64,000 bases of DNA, from assembly GCA_965371855.1 (NCBI GenBank), contig CBDUZZ010000005.1:28342-92341 (forward strand), given 5' to 3'. Both the position numbers and the translations under genes were made by a program. The stretch comes from an uncultured bacterium. Lineage in GTDB: Bacteria > Bacteroidota > Bacteroidia > Bacteroidales > Marinilabiliaceae. Below the pieces are notes generated by a model. That model was not told where the DNA came from. It ran no database searches and was given only the letters and a program-made list of their open reading frames with translations. Shown here in pieces: positions 50,728-60,726 of this stretch (the first letter of the stretch is position 1; each line of letters opens with the position of its first letter).

Positions 50728-52605
50728 TCATTCAAAACCTGTTTTTTCAAGCTCCAATATCATAGCTGACTTTGGATAAACCATAATCCCGCTAAAATCA
50801 GAATAGATATTACCGGTCATAACATCACGGGCGAACTTAAAGTTTATAAGATTTTCTTTATACTTTTTAAAGTCAACCCTTTTTTGTTCATCAGGATCAT
50901 TATTAAAAACAACCATTACATTCTTTAATTCTGTAGTCCTGAAATATACATACATTCCTTTCGATGGTCTGTAATGAGTTAGTGCCCCTGAATGGATTGC
51001 CTCACTGGTTTTTCGCCATTTAAGTAACTTTTGCATATATGCAAAAAACTCACGTTGATCTGATGACAAACCTTTTTGTGTAAATGCATTAACATTATCA
51101 TTGGACCATCCGCCGGGAAAATCAGATCTGACAAAGCCCGGTCCCATGCTTGCTAATCCTTCCTGTAAAACCTCAGTTCCATACAGTATTAAAGGTGTTC
51201 TTTTAATGGTCAACATATATGCCAACATCATTTTCATTTGGGGCAACTCCTTATCTGAAACATTATAAGCTCTGTCGAGATGATGGTTATCAAGAAATAC
51301 TATATTATTCTCCGGTTGTTCATACACAAAATCTCTGGTTATAATATCATACAAAACCATTAATCCTGAAGTTGGTTTATCGAAGGCTGAAAATGCTTCT
51401 CCAATTTCTCTGGCTAACGGATAATCAGCTGTATGAGTAAAATAAGCAGAAAATTGCTGCGGGTGGTTATTCTTTTGCACCCAATATTCTACCTGACAAG
51501 GATAAGTTGTTTCCACATCACTGAAAATAGAAAGATTAGGATACTCCTTGTGCAAGATGTCAGTCAACTCATGTAAAAATGCTTTTTCATTATATGATGA
51601 ATAATCAATTCGTATTCCATCAACACCTGAGGTTTCAACCCACCACAAACAATTTTGTATCAGAAATTTCTTCAAATGAGAATCTTTTTGGTTCAATCTC
51701 GGTGTATCAAAAGACCTCCAGCTATACTTATTAAATGAGTAATCTGTCTCGCTGACATATGGATCAGAAAAAACCTTAACGTTAGACTCCTCAAGATACT
51801 TCTTTGAATCAGTAATAATCCAGTTTTTTATCGGGGAATCACTTATAATATTATTTTGCTTACCCGCCTGATGAAAAACAAATGTTTTAACAACTTTCAT
51901 ATCCCTTTTATGACAATCGTTAATCAGTTTAATATAATCCGAAAGAGAACCTATTCTTTCATCTATCTTATAAAAATCAGTTATCGCATAATGATCGTAA
52001 GACTGAGAAAACTGATTACTTTCAAAAACAGGAGTAAGTTCTATACCTGTTACTCCCAATTCAGAAATATACTCAAGATTGTTAATGATCCCCGACAAAT
52101 CACCACCATGAACACCCGCCGGATTTAACCTGTCAGCTCGTTCAAGGTAACCTTTCGGATTATCATTTTGAGTGTTACCGTTGGCAAACCTGTCAGGAAC
52201 AATCTGATACAAAACATCAGCACAGGTAATCCCATGATTACGTTTTTCATCCTGACTCTTTTCATAAAGCATAAAACTATATTCATTAATAATCTTACCA
52301 CTCTCTTTGAAAACCAACTTCATAACTCCGGGAGGAGTTTTAGGTGAAATATAAAGATCAATGAAAAGATAACTGGTACTCTGAGTAGATATAATTTTAT
52401 TAATTTTCACACCCGGATAGTTAGTAGAGATATTTGTATTACTAATGTTTTCTCCATAAGCAATAACAAGTAAATTATTGTATGACATGTCAACCCACCA
52501 GTTAGACGGATATACAGCTTCAAGACTGGCTTTTCCGGAAGAAAAACTTATAATAATAAATTGAATTAAAACTATAAGAGAATATCTAAGCATATCTCTT
52601 TTCAT
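50728..52605 (-). CDS. GH13 (alpha-amylase superfamily) protein with a cyclomaltodextrinase-type N-terminal domain; catalytic motifs look atypical
   Basis: 625 aa with a signal peptide. GGDLSGIINNLEYISELGVTGIELTPVF and GVDGIRID are GH13 hallmarks. The positions I align to conserved regions I, III and IV appear substituted (see finding). Confidence 0.75.
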   Translation of the reverse strand: MKRDMLRYSLIVLIQFIIISFSSGKASLEAVYPSNWWVDMSYNNLLVIAYGENISNTNISTNYPGVKINKIISTQSTSYLFIDLYISPKTPPGVMKLVFKESGKIINEYSFMLYEKSQDEKRNHGITCADVLYQIVPDRFANGNTQNDNPKGYLERADRLNPAGVHGGDLSGIINNLEYISELGVTGIELTPVFESNQFSQSYDHYAITDFYKIDERIGSLSDYIKLINDCHKRDMKVVKTFVFHQAGKQNNIISDSPIKNWIITDSKKYLEESNVKVFSDPYVSETDYSFNKYSWRSFDTPRLNQKDSHLKKFLIQNCLWWVETSGVDGIRIDYSSYNEKAFLHELTDILHKEYPNLSIFSDVETTYPCQVEYWVQKNNHPQQFSAYFTHTADYPLAREIGEAFSAFDKPTSGLMVLYDIITRDFVYEQPENNIVFLDNHHLDRAYNVSDKELPQMKMMLAYMLTIKRTPLILYGTEVLQEGLASMGPGFVRSDFPGGWSNDNVNAFTQKGLSSDQREFFAYMQKLLKWRKTSEAIHSGALTHYRPSKGMYVYFRTTELKNVMVVFNNDPDEQKRVDFKKYKENLINFKFARDVMTGNIYSDFSGIMVYPKSAMILELEKTGFE

Positions 52606-52684
52606 ATGTGTCTATAATTTTGAACCAACACTAAAATATGTTAAAGATATAAAAAAAAACTAATTTCACGTGTTGTGCAAATTT

Positions 52685-52707
52685 GGCTAAATATTATTTT
52701 GAGGTGC
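52685..52707 (-). promoter_or_regulatory. Bipartite motif GCACCTCAAA/ATAATATTTAGCC, copy B-left (no spacer), pointing at the GH13 gene
   Basis: The plus strand reads ggctaaatattattttgaggtgc. The motif ends 79 nt upstream of the GH13 ATG (52605). Confidence 0.5.
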
Positions 52708-52899
52708 TAGCTTCAATTTATTACTCTTTTAATACCATTTTTGAGTATGGTTGTTTGGAAATTTAAAAGCAAACCAAGTTTATATTTACCTAATCTGATC
52801 ATAATAACATGACGGGTAGGCTATTGCACAAAGTTACACTACGACCCCGACAAATAGGGGCAAAAAACACAAAGATAGGATGTCATTTAAAAAACTACG

Positions 52900-52943
52900 G
52901 CACCTCAAAAACTTGTCTGCCTTAGGCATATAATATTTAGCCG
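52900..52943 (+). promoter_or_regulatory. Bipartite motif GCACCTCAAAA-N19-ATAATATTTAGCCG, copy B-right, pointing at gene 53146
   Basis: gcacctcaaaa acttgtctgccttaggcat ataatatttagccg. The spacer contains the hairpin tgcc-taa-ggca. The motif ends 202 nt upstream of ATG 53146. Confidence 0.5.
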
Positions 52944-52952
52944 TTTTTGAAC

Positions 52953-52998
52953 CATATAAGAATTATAATTTCTTATATGACCTTATAATTCTTATATG
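52953..52998. promoter_or_regulatory. Perfect 16-bp inverted repeat CATATAAGAATTATAA-N14-TTATAATTCTTATATG
   Basis: Arms at 52953-52968 and 52983-52998 are exact reverse complements, about 150 nt upstream of gene 53146. Confidence 0.6.
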
Positions 52999-53145
52999 CT
53001 GTTGCCGTTGTATGTTGTCATGCATAGAGCAGAATAATCACTACTCTCAACTTTGATTGAAATGATAACTTTTACATTTTTTTTCCGTAATTAAGGTGCG
53101 TAAGATATTTTCATTTACTTTTATCCTTGACAAACTTTCAACTTT

Positions 53146-54750
53146 ATGAACTTGAAGTTACGAATTGTATACATTTTTATTTTTCTTTTCTCCGGCGGTG
53201 TCTTGTTTTCACAAGGATACAGCCATTATGAGAGTTTTGATTATGCTCCTTTTGCAAGATATTTGTATAAGCCGGGTATTAATTTCCACACATCTGTAAG
53301 GAATTATCGGATGGATGAAGTTAATCGTATTGTCAACAGTGACTCTGTTTTATATGATGGATTAAGGATTCCTGCCGGAAAGTTGAATTTCTGGAAACGT
53401 ATTGTTCACGATGATCTTTTCAGGTGGAAAAATGAAGATTTAAAAATTGTAATAAATCCGTTGTTTAATTTTGGTGGTGGGTATGAAACGAATGATGGTA
53501 AATGGACTTATGTTAATACTCGTGGAGTATTCGTAAAAGGAAACATAGGTAAATACTTTTCTTTTTATACTGATTTTGTTGAAAATCAGGCTACATTTCC
53601 CAACTACATTGATGAGTTTGCCGGTAAGTATGATATTGTTCCCGGGCAGGGAAAACGAAAAGATTACAACGAAACCGGCCATGATTATGCTCAGGCAACA
53701 GGTTATGTGTCATTTAACATGGCAAAATATTTCAATTTGCAACTCGGTTACGGTAAGAACTTTATTGGCGATGGGTATCGCTCTTTAATAATGTCGGATG
53801 CGGCATACAGTTATCCATACATGAAATTCACTACTACATTCTGGAAGATTAAGTATATGTTTTTGTGGAATAAAATGTTGAATCTTGAACGCGACGAATC
53901 GTTGGGAGATACGCGTTATCCGGCAAAGTACAGTGCTAACCACTATTTAGACTGGAATATAGGTAAGCGGTTCAGTATGGGATTATTTGTGAATGTAGTT
54001 TGGGCTCAGGAGGATACTATTGGTTATCGTGGTGTTGATTTTTCATATCTGATTCCCGGTGTTTTTGTCAGGCCGGTGGAGTACTCTAACGGTTCACCTG
54101 ATAATGTTACGATGGCACTGAACTTGAAATATATCGTTGCCAGACAACTTACTGTATACAGTCAGTTTGTTATGAGTGAGTTTAAAGCAGATGATGTTTT
54201 TTCGGGTGAAAAATGGTGGGCTAATAAACATGGATTTCAGATTGGATTAAAAACATTTGATCTGTTCAATGTGAAAAATCTTGACATACAAGCGGAGTAT
54301 AATCAGGTCAGGCCATATACATATTCTCATTATACCTCTATCTATAGTTATGGCCATTACAATCAACCTATGGCACATATTCTGGGAGCAAACTTTAGGG
54401 AGGGGATTTTCATCGGCAGGTATCGCTATCGCAGGATGATGTTTAAAGTACAAATGGTGAAGTCGATGTATGGAGATGATTATGGTGATGGCGTAAGCTG
54501 GGGTAAAGATGTGTTAATGCCCAATACCCAAAGGCCATCTGATTATGGTATATATATTGGCCAGGGGCTGAAAACTAACGTTCTTTATGGTGATATGAGT
54601 GTCAGTTTTATGGTTAATCCACGCAATATGTTCAATCTTGTTGCAGGTATGCAACTGCGCAATCTAGAGAATGAACAAACAATACTCAATACAAACTATT
54701 TTTACTTTGGAGTACGTACCAGCCTAAAGAATCTCTATTATGATTTTTAA
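53146..54750 (+). CDS. Outer-membrane beta-barrel protein, possibly RemB/Wzi-like
   Basis: 534 aa with a signal peptide (LFSGGVLFSQ), the motif GYGKNFIGDGYRSLIMSD, alternating beta-strand character and a C-terminal aromatic residue. The family name is a recollection and is not verified. Confidence 0.5.
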   Translation: MNLKLRIVYIFIFLFSGGVLFSQGYSHYESFDYAPFARYLYKPGINFHTSVRNYRMDEVNRIVNSDSVLYDGLRIPAGKLNFWKRIVHDDLFRWKNEDLKIVINPLFNFGGGYETNDGKWTYVNTRGVFVKGNIGKYFSFYTDFVENQATFPNYIDEFAGKYDIVPGQGKRKDYNETGHDYAQATGYVSFNMAKYFNLQLGYGKNFIGDGYRSLIMSDAAYSYPYMKFTTTFWKIKYMFLWNKMLNLERDESLGDTRYPAKYSANHYLDWNIGKRFSMGLFVNVVWAQEDTIGYRGVDFSYLIPGVFVRPVEYSNGSPDNVTMALNLKYIVARQLTVYSQFVMSEFKADDVFSGEKWWANKHGFQIGLKTFDLFNVKNLDIQAEYNQVRPYTYSHYTSIYSYGHYNQPMAHILGANFREGIFIGRYRYRRMMFKVQMVKSMYGDDYGDGVSWGKDVLMPNTQRPSDYGIYIGQGLKTNVLYGDMSVSFMVNPRNMFNLVAGMQLRNLENEQTILNTNYFYFGVRTSLKNLYYDF

Positions 54751-56183
54751 TTCACTACATTCTTATAGTGTTCATATCTCTCAAGGATATCATTAACGTA
54801 TTGATACGGTTCTTCTCCTCTGCAGTAACCATATTTTACAACAGAATCGTTATAATATTTTGGTTTCGATTTATTCAATAGATAAAAGTCTACATTGTTA
54901 TCCCATATAGTAGAATCTTTTCCATATTTCTCAGCCAACCGCATAGCATCCAGTACATGCCCTAACCCTACATTATAAGAAGCTAAAACAAATTTCACAC
55001 GTTCTTCAGGGTCAGTAATGTTGCTCATTAATTGGCCATCCAACCATTTTAAAAACTTTAGTCCGCCTTTGATATTATCAGTTGGAGAAGTAATCTCTCT
55101 TACTCCGAAAGTTTTGGCAGTTTCCGGCATAAGTTGCATTAATCCTACAGCACCTGCCCAACTCTCAACACCGGGTGAAAACCTCGATTCCTGATATATA
55201 AGTGAGGCAACTAAACGCCAGTCAAGGTCAAACTTTTTACTCTCCTTCTTTATCACTTCATCATAAACTGAAAACTGCCCTCCCTTAAGAGAATGGAAAC
55301 CTTTATTAACAATATGAGTAGATCTTTTATTAAGAAAATATTTCTGATAAATCATTTTATACCTGACAGTTCGTTTAAATCTAATCAACCATTTATTTAC
55401 AACATCCTGCAAGCTTTGTGATTCAGGTCTCATAGCCCAGGCTATTTTTTGCGGAAAACTAATTGGAGTCTCCACATCTATGTTATTGTAATAATTTTTA
55501 TTCACTCTGGCCAGATTTTCATCACAAACTGTATATGGAATCTCCCCACTTGCAACAAGACCGATTAATTGCTCAACTTCATAATCCGGTATTTCAATAA
55601 CATTGATACTATCACCTATCTCATTGGCCAGCGCCCTTAAACGTTCCGCATAGGATGAATTTTCCTGAACATAAATAGATTTTCCTGCCAAATCCAGCTG
55701 ATTCCTTATTAGTTTATTAAATCCTTGCTTATTAGACTTTTCCTCATTTTTTTTATCTTTCTCTTGTTTACGCTGAACAAGCACTTGTCTGGTAAAACAA
55801 TGTGGTTCAGAAAAGGCTATTTTGTAAGATCGGCTGCGTGTAACTGTCAAATCCATAGCTATCAAATCCACTTTTCTCGCAAGCAAATCGTCAAAATTCT
55901 TTTTTACATCATTTGAAACAGATATGTCAAGCTTTAATCCCAGATGATTACTTAACTCTTGCAATAGTTCAAACTGATAACCAATAGGACGTCCTTTGTA
56001 AATAAAGTAATCGACAGAATTATATGCTGTAACAACTCTTATTTTCCCACTGGCCTTCATTTCATTAAGATCAATTCTGTCAGCTTCTGTTACCGTTTTT
56101 TTCCCGGCATCCTCTTTTTTTACATCACAGCTCCAAAAGAATCCGAATAATAAAACAAATATAAATTGAAAATATCTGTTCAT
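54747..56183 (-). CDS. mltF: Membrane-bound lytic murein transglycosylase F-like (SBP_bac_3 + SLT domains)
   Basis: The N-terminal half resembles a solute-binding protein. The C-terminal half carries LVASLIYQESRFSPGVESWAGAVGLMQLMPETA (SLT catalytic Glu motif). Confidence 0.85.
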   Translation of the reverse strand: MNRYFQFIFVLLFGFFWSCDVKKEDAGKKTVTEADRIDLNEMKASGKIRVVTAYNSVDYFIYKGRPIGYQFELLQELSNHLGLKLDISVSNDVKKNFDDLLARKVDLIAMDLTVTRSRSYKIAFSEPHCFTRQVLVQRKQEKDKKNEEKSNKQGFNKLIRNQLDLAGKSIYVQENSSYAERLRALANEIGDSINVIEIPDYEVEQLIGLVASGEIPYTVCDENLARVNKNYYNNIDVETPISFPQKIAWAMRPESQSLQDVVNKWLIRFKRTVRYKMIYQKYFLNKRSTHIVNKGFHSLKGGQFSVYDEVIKKESKKFDLDWRLVASLIYQESRFSPGVESWAGAVGLMQLMPETAKTFGVREITSPTDNIKGGLKFLKWLDGQLMSNITDPEERVKFVLASYNVGLGHVLDAMRLAEKYGKDSTIWDNNVDFYLLNKSKPKYYNDSVVKYGYCRGEEPYQYVNDILERYEHYKNVVN

Positions 56184-56254
56184 ACTTAATTGTTTTTATT
56201 TAAAATACAACAATCTTAGAGATGTTTAATATTGTTTAACGAGATAGTTTGTGT

Positions 56255-58390
56255 TTAGTTGTAAAAATTCCATGAAACGCCAAATTTTAAATTTCGAGGA
56301 TTTGCCGGGTATCCGGTGGTATGGAAATAATCTTCTCCGGTAAACCCTTGATTTGCATGATCTAACTTAACAAAAATACGAGCACGTTTTAACTGAAAGT
56401 TCAAAAACAGGTCAAAAAACGGATAATTACCTACTTTTCTGATATTCTGAGTGTGAAACTGGCCTGTAGCAGGCATGTAAGTAGGTGTATAGTATTTGGT
56501 ATGATATCTTAAGTCAAAACCAACCTGAAAGGTTAACACTTTAAATAGTATATTTTCATAATAATTTGAACTATAAGCAGCAAAGTCGGGTAGTGGTAAA
56601 ACTTCGGGCGAACTGGTCATCTGATAAACAAGTTTATTTAGACTGTGAACCCTTCCCAAAATAAAATGTTTGTTCAAAGAGAGCTCAATAACCTGAATAA
56701 ATCCGGATTGTTGTTCAGGCAAAGTATCATTATTCCAATATATATGGTCAGTAATTGACCTTACTTCAGCATTTAACTCTAACCGTCTGGTTGGTACTCG
56801 TATTCCACCGCGGATACGTATAGTTTTTTCTGTTGTGAAATCGTTATCCCATTTAATATGATTAGAAAAATACTTATTTTGAAACAGTTCCGGAGATACG
56901 ACATACAGTCCTCCTTCTGCAAAAACACCTAAAGTATCTTTTTTGCTAAATTTAAAACTACTGTTAATTTTACCTGTCAATTCGGTATCCCCGGTTCTAT
57001 ACCCCTGAAAATAGAATTTAACTCCGGCATTCCACCAAAAATTCTCACCGAGATTTTTAAATATCTGACCTCCCAGGAAAGAAGTAACTAAAGTTGTGTC
57101 TGAGCTTCTGTAATGAGGGGTGTATTCTCTGTCATCAGGATCATAATATGGTGCTGCCGGCATCTGATACAATCTGATAGCATTTGAAATAAAAACACGA
57201 ACACCAAACTTTAATAATGAATTAGCTTCTTCATTGAATTTCAATTGGAAAGTATTTATTAACTCATGATATCTAACCGAATCACGAGTTTGAAGAGAGT
57301 CTGCATATATGTTATTATAAAAAGGATTCTCCACGTTTGACCCCATATATTGTGGAAGATCATCGATAGAATATTCCCTCTTAACATTTTCATATTTTAA
57401 AGTATAATAAACGGTACTGACAGGAAGTGTAACCGGCTCTTCTTCTTCAAACTCTCCCGGAGTTCTTCTAAAATCAGCCATTAAGGAATCTCTTTTAGTT
57501 TCTATCATCTTTAATGAGTCATCCACAACAGCTAAGTCTTCTTCTTCAAAATTTCCTTTCTTTTTAATTTTTATCGATCCTAAACCATATGATTGATTTA
57601 CAAAAATCTGGTAATTCTTTATTCCGTTAGTTGCCGTAGTGAAATTTACAGGTAAGTTTTCCAGCTGTTCAAACTGGTATTTATCACTATTCAAAATATA
57701 ATCATCATTAAGTATTCCTCCATTCTCAAACTGTTTTGCACTACTATATAAAAAAGTAGAATGTATTGAGTATTTTCTCCCGGTATAACTTGCAAAAAGA
57801 GTAACGTTTTGGTTGTCTATTTTTTGAGCTTCGTATTGACCAACAGATGAATACAACCTATATCTCAGTCCGACATTAAAATTCTTATTAACATTTTGAG
57901 TAAATAATACACCAACAGACTCTTCTGACCGGCGCTTGGGCCCTCCAAATTCATACATTAAATTAGTATATGGCGTTTTCGTGTTAAAAAAAACAACATC
58001 TTCAGGATAATAGAAATAATAAAGTAATGAGTTATAAAAAATAAACTGATTCCTCCACTTCTGATCACTAATGATTTGTGACTGATAAGGAGAGCCTAAG
58101 TTTCCTGTAAAAACATTTGCAATACTCTCACGAAAGATAGGGTTATGTATCTGAACACCTGTTGTGAGAGTATCTACCTGGATAGTATCGGCAAAGGTAA
58201 AATCATCCACCAATCTCCAGTTTTTAATTCCCTGTTTTATTGCTGGTTGTTGTTCTTCATCCGTGCCGGAGGAGCCATCCATCGATGGGCTGCTCATTGA
58301 ATTTCGCCTTTCCATGCGATCACGTTCTTGTGCACAGATAATTACAGAAAATACAGCTACAAATAAAAATACTAAAACTACTCTTTTCAT
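56255..58390 (-). CDS. Putative outer-membrane porin / beta-barrel protein
   Basis: About 711 aa from MKRVVLVFLFVAVFSVIICAQ (ATG 58388-58390), rich in Y/F/N and ending ...KFGVSWNFYN. The function is not established. Confidence 0.5.
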   Translation of the reverse strand: MKRVVLVFLFVAVFSVIICAQERDRMERRNSMSSPSMDGSSGTDEEQQPAIKQGIKNWRLVDDFTFADTIQVDTLTTGVQIHNPIFRESIANVFTGNLGSPYQSQIISDQKWRNQFIFYNSLLYYFYYPEDVVFFNTKTPYTNLMYEFGGPKRRSEESVGVLFTQNVNKNFNVGLRYRLYSSVGQYEAQKIDNQNVTLFASYTGRKYSIHSTFLYSSAKQFENGGILNDDYILNSDKYQFEQLENLPVNFTTATNGIKNYQIFVNQSYGLGSIKIKKKGNFEEEDLAVVDDSLKMIETKRDSLMADFRRTPGEFEEEEPVTLPVSTVYYTLKYENVKREYSIDDLPQYMGSNVENPFYNNIYADSLQTRDSVRYHELINTFQLKFNEEANSLLKFGVRVFISNAIRLYQMPAAPYYDPDDREYTPHYRSSDTTLVTSFLGGQIFKNLGENFWWNAGVKFYFQGYRTGDTELTGKINSSFKFSKKDTLGVFAEGGLYVVSPELFQNKYFSNHIKWDNDFTTEKTIRIRGGIRVPTRRLELNAEVRSITDHIYWNNDTLPEQQSGFIQVIELSLNKHFILGRVHSLNKLVYQMTSSPEVLPLPDFAAYSSNYYENILFKVLTFQVGFDLRYHTKYYTPTYMPATGQFHTQNIRKVGNYPFFDLFLNFQLKRARIFVKLDHANQGFTGEDYFHTTGYPANPRNLKFGVSWNFYN

Positions 58391-58494
58391 CGGTGGCAAA
58401 TATAGCCAAAAACTTTACAAAAGCAGATATTTATAGTCTGTGGAAATAGCCCGGTAACTATAAATGATTATTCAAAAATTGTAGACTAGCCCTA

Positions 58495-59655
58495 CTATTC
58501 TTTTTTGAATTTATATAGATATAACATCTTATCAAATATCTCAGTATTTTCATAAACCCCTTTAAACAGATCAGCTCCAGGGCCAAAAGCAAAAACCGGA
58601 ACCATAATTCCTGTATGTCCTCCGGTATTAAATCCACCTTTTACGATACCGGTTTTCATATCTCCTCCCATGTTACTAAGTCCACCTGTTTCATGATCAG
58701 CTGTAACAATTACAAGCGTGTTTTTATGGGTTGCTGCATATTTAAGCGCAATGCCTATAGCCATATCAAAGTCGAGCGTTTCCCTTGTAATAAATGCTAT
58801 ATCATTAGCATGTCCGCCCCAATCTATTTGAGAACCTTCAACCATTAGAAAGAATCCTTTTTTAGATGAGGCATCCAATACCTGAATTGCTTTTTCTGTT
58901 GCTTTAGGTAACATGCTTCCACGTTCAGGCATGGCAGGGTTATGCTTTGGTGCCGTTAGTACTCCCAGTTTTCCGGTTACACTAAAAGGCACACTATCTA
59001 AATTATCGTAGATAGAATATCCGTCTTTCGTTAATTCATCTAACAAATTACGGTTGTCCTTTCTTTCTGTGAAATAATCATATCCTCCTCCTATAAATAC
59101 ATCAATCCCACTATTCATAAAATCAGCTGCAATCTCTTCATACATACTACGTTTAGGTTGATGTGCAATAAAAGATGCAGGTGTAGCATGAGTTATGGCT
59201 GAAGTTGACACCAGACCTGTAGCTTTACCCTCCTTTTCAGCAATTTCAAGAATTGACTTAACGGGTTCATTATTAGCATCAACGCCAATAGCTCCATTAT
59301 TTGTTTTTACTCCACAAGCCAAAGACGTTCCACTGGCAGCTGAATCTGTAATATATTTATCTGCACTTTGAGTTTTAGCAAATCCAATGTTTTTCATATT
59401 TACCAGATTCAATTGCCCTTTATTGGCGGTTATTCCGGCAAATACTTCGGCTACCCCCATACCATCACCAATCAAAAGAATGATGTTATCAGGATGTTTT
59501 TTAAATTTCAGATCCTTGTCTGAATATATTTTTACTTCATGAAACTCTTTATTCTCATAAATGAGTTTTGTGTCAATATTTTTATAGTTCTCCTGTGCAG
59601 TAAACATTACTGTTACAGAAAAAGAAATCAGGAGCAATGCGATTATTCTTTTCAT
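58495..59655 (-). CDS. Alkaline phosphatase (PhoA family)
   Basis: ILLIGDGMG, TDSAASGTSLACG (active-site Ser region), DWGGHAND and VTADHETGG. Confidence 0.92.
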   Translation of the reverse strand: MKRIIALLLISFSVTVMFTAQENYKNIDTKLIYENKEFHEVKIYSDKDLKFKKHPDNIILLIGDGMGVAEVFAGITANKGQLNLVNMKNIGFAKTQSADKYITDSAASGTSLACGVKTNNGAIGVDANNEPVKSILEIAEKEGKATGLVSTSAITHATPASFIAHQPKRSMYEEIAADFMNSGIDVFIGGGYDYFTERKDNRNLLDELTKDGYSIYDNLDSVPFSVTGKLGVLTAPKHNPAMPERGSMLPKATEKAIQVLDASSKKGFFLMVEGSQIDWGGHANDIAFITRETLDFDMAIGIALKYAATHKNTLVIVTADHETGGLSNMGGDMKTGIVKGGFNTGGHTGIMVPVFAFGPGADLFKGVYENTEIFDKMLYLYKFKKE

Positions 59656-59880
59656 TTTATAAAATATAAGTTTTCTTAAAATTCATTTTTGCATTGCAAA
59701 AATAATAAACCATAATTAAGAAATTATCAAAATCATATAATTTTTTATCTTATTGAATAACTCAGGAACTTTATTTATACTGAAATTCCTGATGTGAAAA
59801 TAACAACCTATGATATTTTCAACCGGCATTATACCAAAGTGTAAAAAAATAATTAATTTGGAGCACTAAAAATATAAGCA

Positions 59881-60432
59881 ATGAAAGTATATACTAAAAC
59901 CGGAGATAAGGGAATGACAAGTTTGATTGGAGGTGCCAGAGTTGCTAAAAATGATGTAAGGCTGGAAACTTACGGAACAATAGATGAACTTAACAGCTAT
60001 ATAGGATTATTGCGTTCATATATTTCAGAGGAAGATATCAGAGATGTAATCGTAGATATCCAAAATCAGTTGTTTAATGTGGGTTCATATCTTGCTACGG
60101 ATACTACTATTTCGGAGATGAGGTCAAATATCAAGCTCGAAGAAGTTAAAATTGAGTTACTTGAAGACGAGATGGATAAGTTAGAACAGGCATTACCTCC
60201 TTTAACCGGTTTTGTACTGCCTGGCGGACATCCGGCAACAGGCTTTTGTCATATAGCACGTACGGTATGCAGAAGGGCGGAACGCAGAATAATTGGTATG
60301 TCAGATCAGTATGAAATTGACAATTGGATTATTCGATATCTTAATCGATTGTCTGATTTTCTTTTTGTTTTATCCCGTCATTTATCGAACTATTATAACA
60401 TTGACGAAATTCATTGGAGTGGGAAGTTGTAA
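59881..60432 (+). CDS. PduO-type ATP:cob(I)alamin adenosyltransferase
   Basis: MKVYTKTGDKGMTSL... N-terminus, plus FVLPGG and CRRAERR motifs. 183 aa. Confidence 0.92.
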   Translation: MKVYTKTGDKGMTSLIGGARVAKNDVRLETYGTIDELNSYIGLLRSYISEEDIRDVIVDIQNQLFNVGSYLATDTTISEMRSNIKLEEVKIELLEDEMDKLEQALPPLTGFVLPGGHPATGFCHIARTVCRRAERRIIGMSDQYEIDNWIIRYLNRLSDFLFVLSRHLSNYYNIDEIHWSGKL

Positions 60433-60504
60433 TATTCATTTTTTTTTATAATTTCGCCAATAATTGAAAGAATAATATTAAATAATAATATTAAGTTAAA
60501 TTTT

Positions 60505-60726
60505 ATGTATTGGACACTTGAATTAGCATCGAAGTTAGAAGATGCACCTTGGCCGGCCTCTAAGGACGAACTTATTGATTTTGGAATTCGTTCGGGTGCT
60601 CCTCTTGAAGTAATAGAGAATCTTCAGGAAATTGAAGATGAAGGTGAAGTTTTTGAAAGTATTGAGGATATTTGGCCGGATTATCCATCTAAAGAAGATT
60701 TCTTTTTTAATGAAGACGAATACTAA
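60505..60726 (+). CDS. DUF2795-like small protein
   Basis: 73 aa. WPASKDELIDFGIRSGAPLEVIENLQEI matches the DUF2795 pattern as I remember it. Confidence 0.6.
   Translation: MYWTLELASKLEDAPWPASKDELIDFGIRSGAPLEVIENLQEIEDEGEVFESIEDIWPDYPSKEDFFFNEDEY

Noticed and set aside
52800-52870. A GC-richer patch (gacgggtaggctattgcacaaagttacactacgaccccgacaaatagggg) as a possible tRNA or other small structured RNA.
   Set aside because: It has no cloverleaf arms and no T-loop GTTCGAATC-type sequence. Only a short CCCC/GGGG hairpin is present.
52618-52954. The direct repeat TTTTGAACCA (52618-52627 and 52945-52954) as a target-site duplication of a MITE bounded by the bipartite-motif inverted repeats.
   Set aside because: The right copy abuts the inverted repeat, but the left copy is 57 nt away from it, so the geometry does not fit a target-site duplication. 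In this AT-rich spacer the 10-mer may be coincidental. No transposase is nearby.
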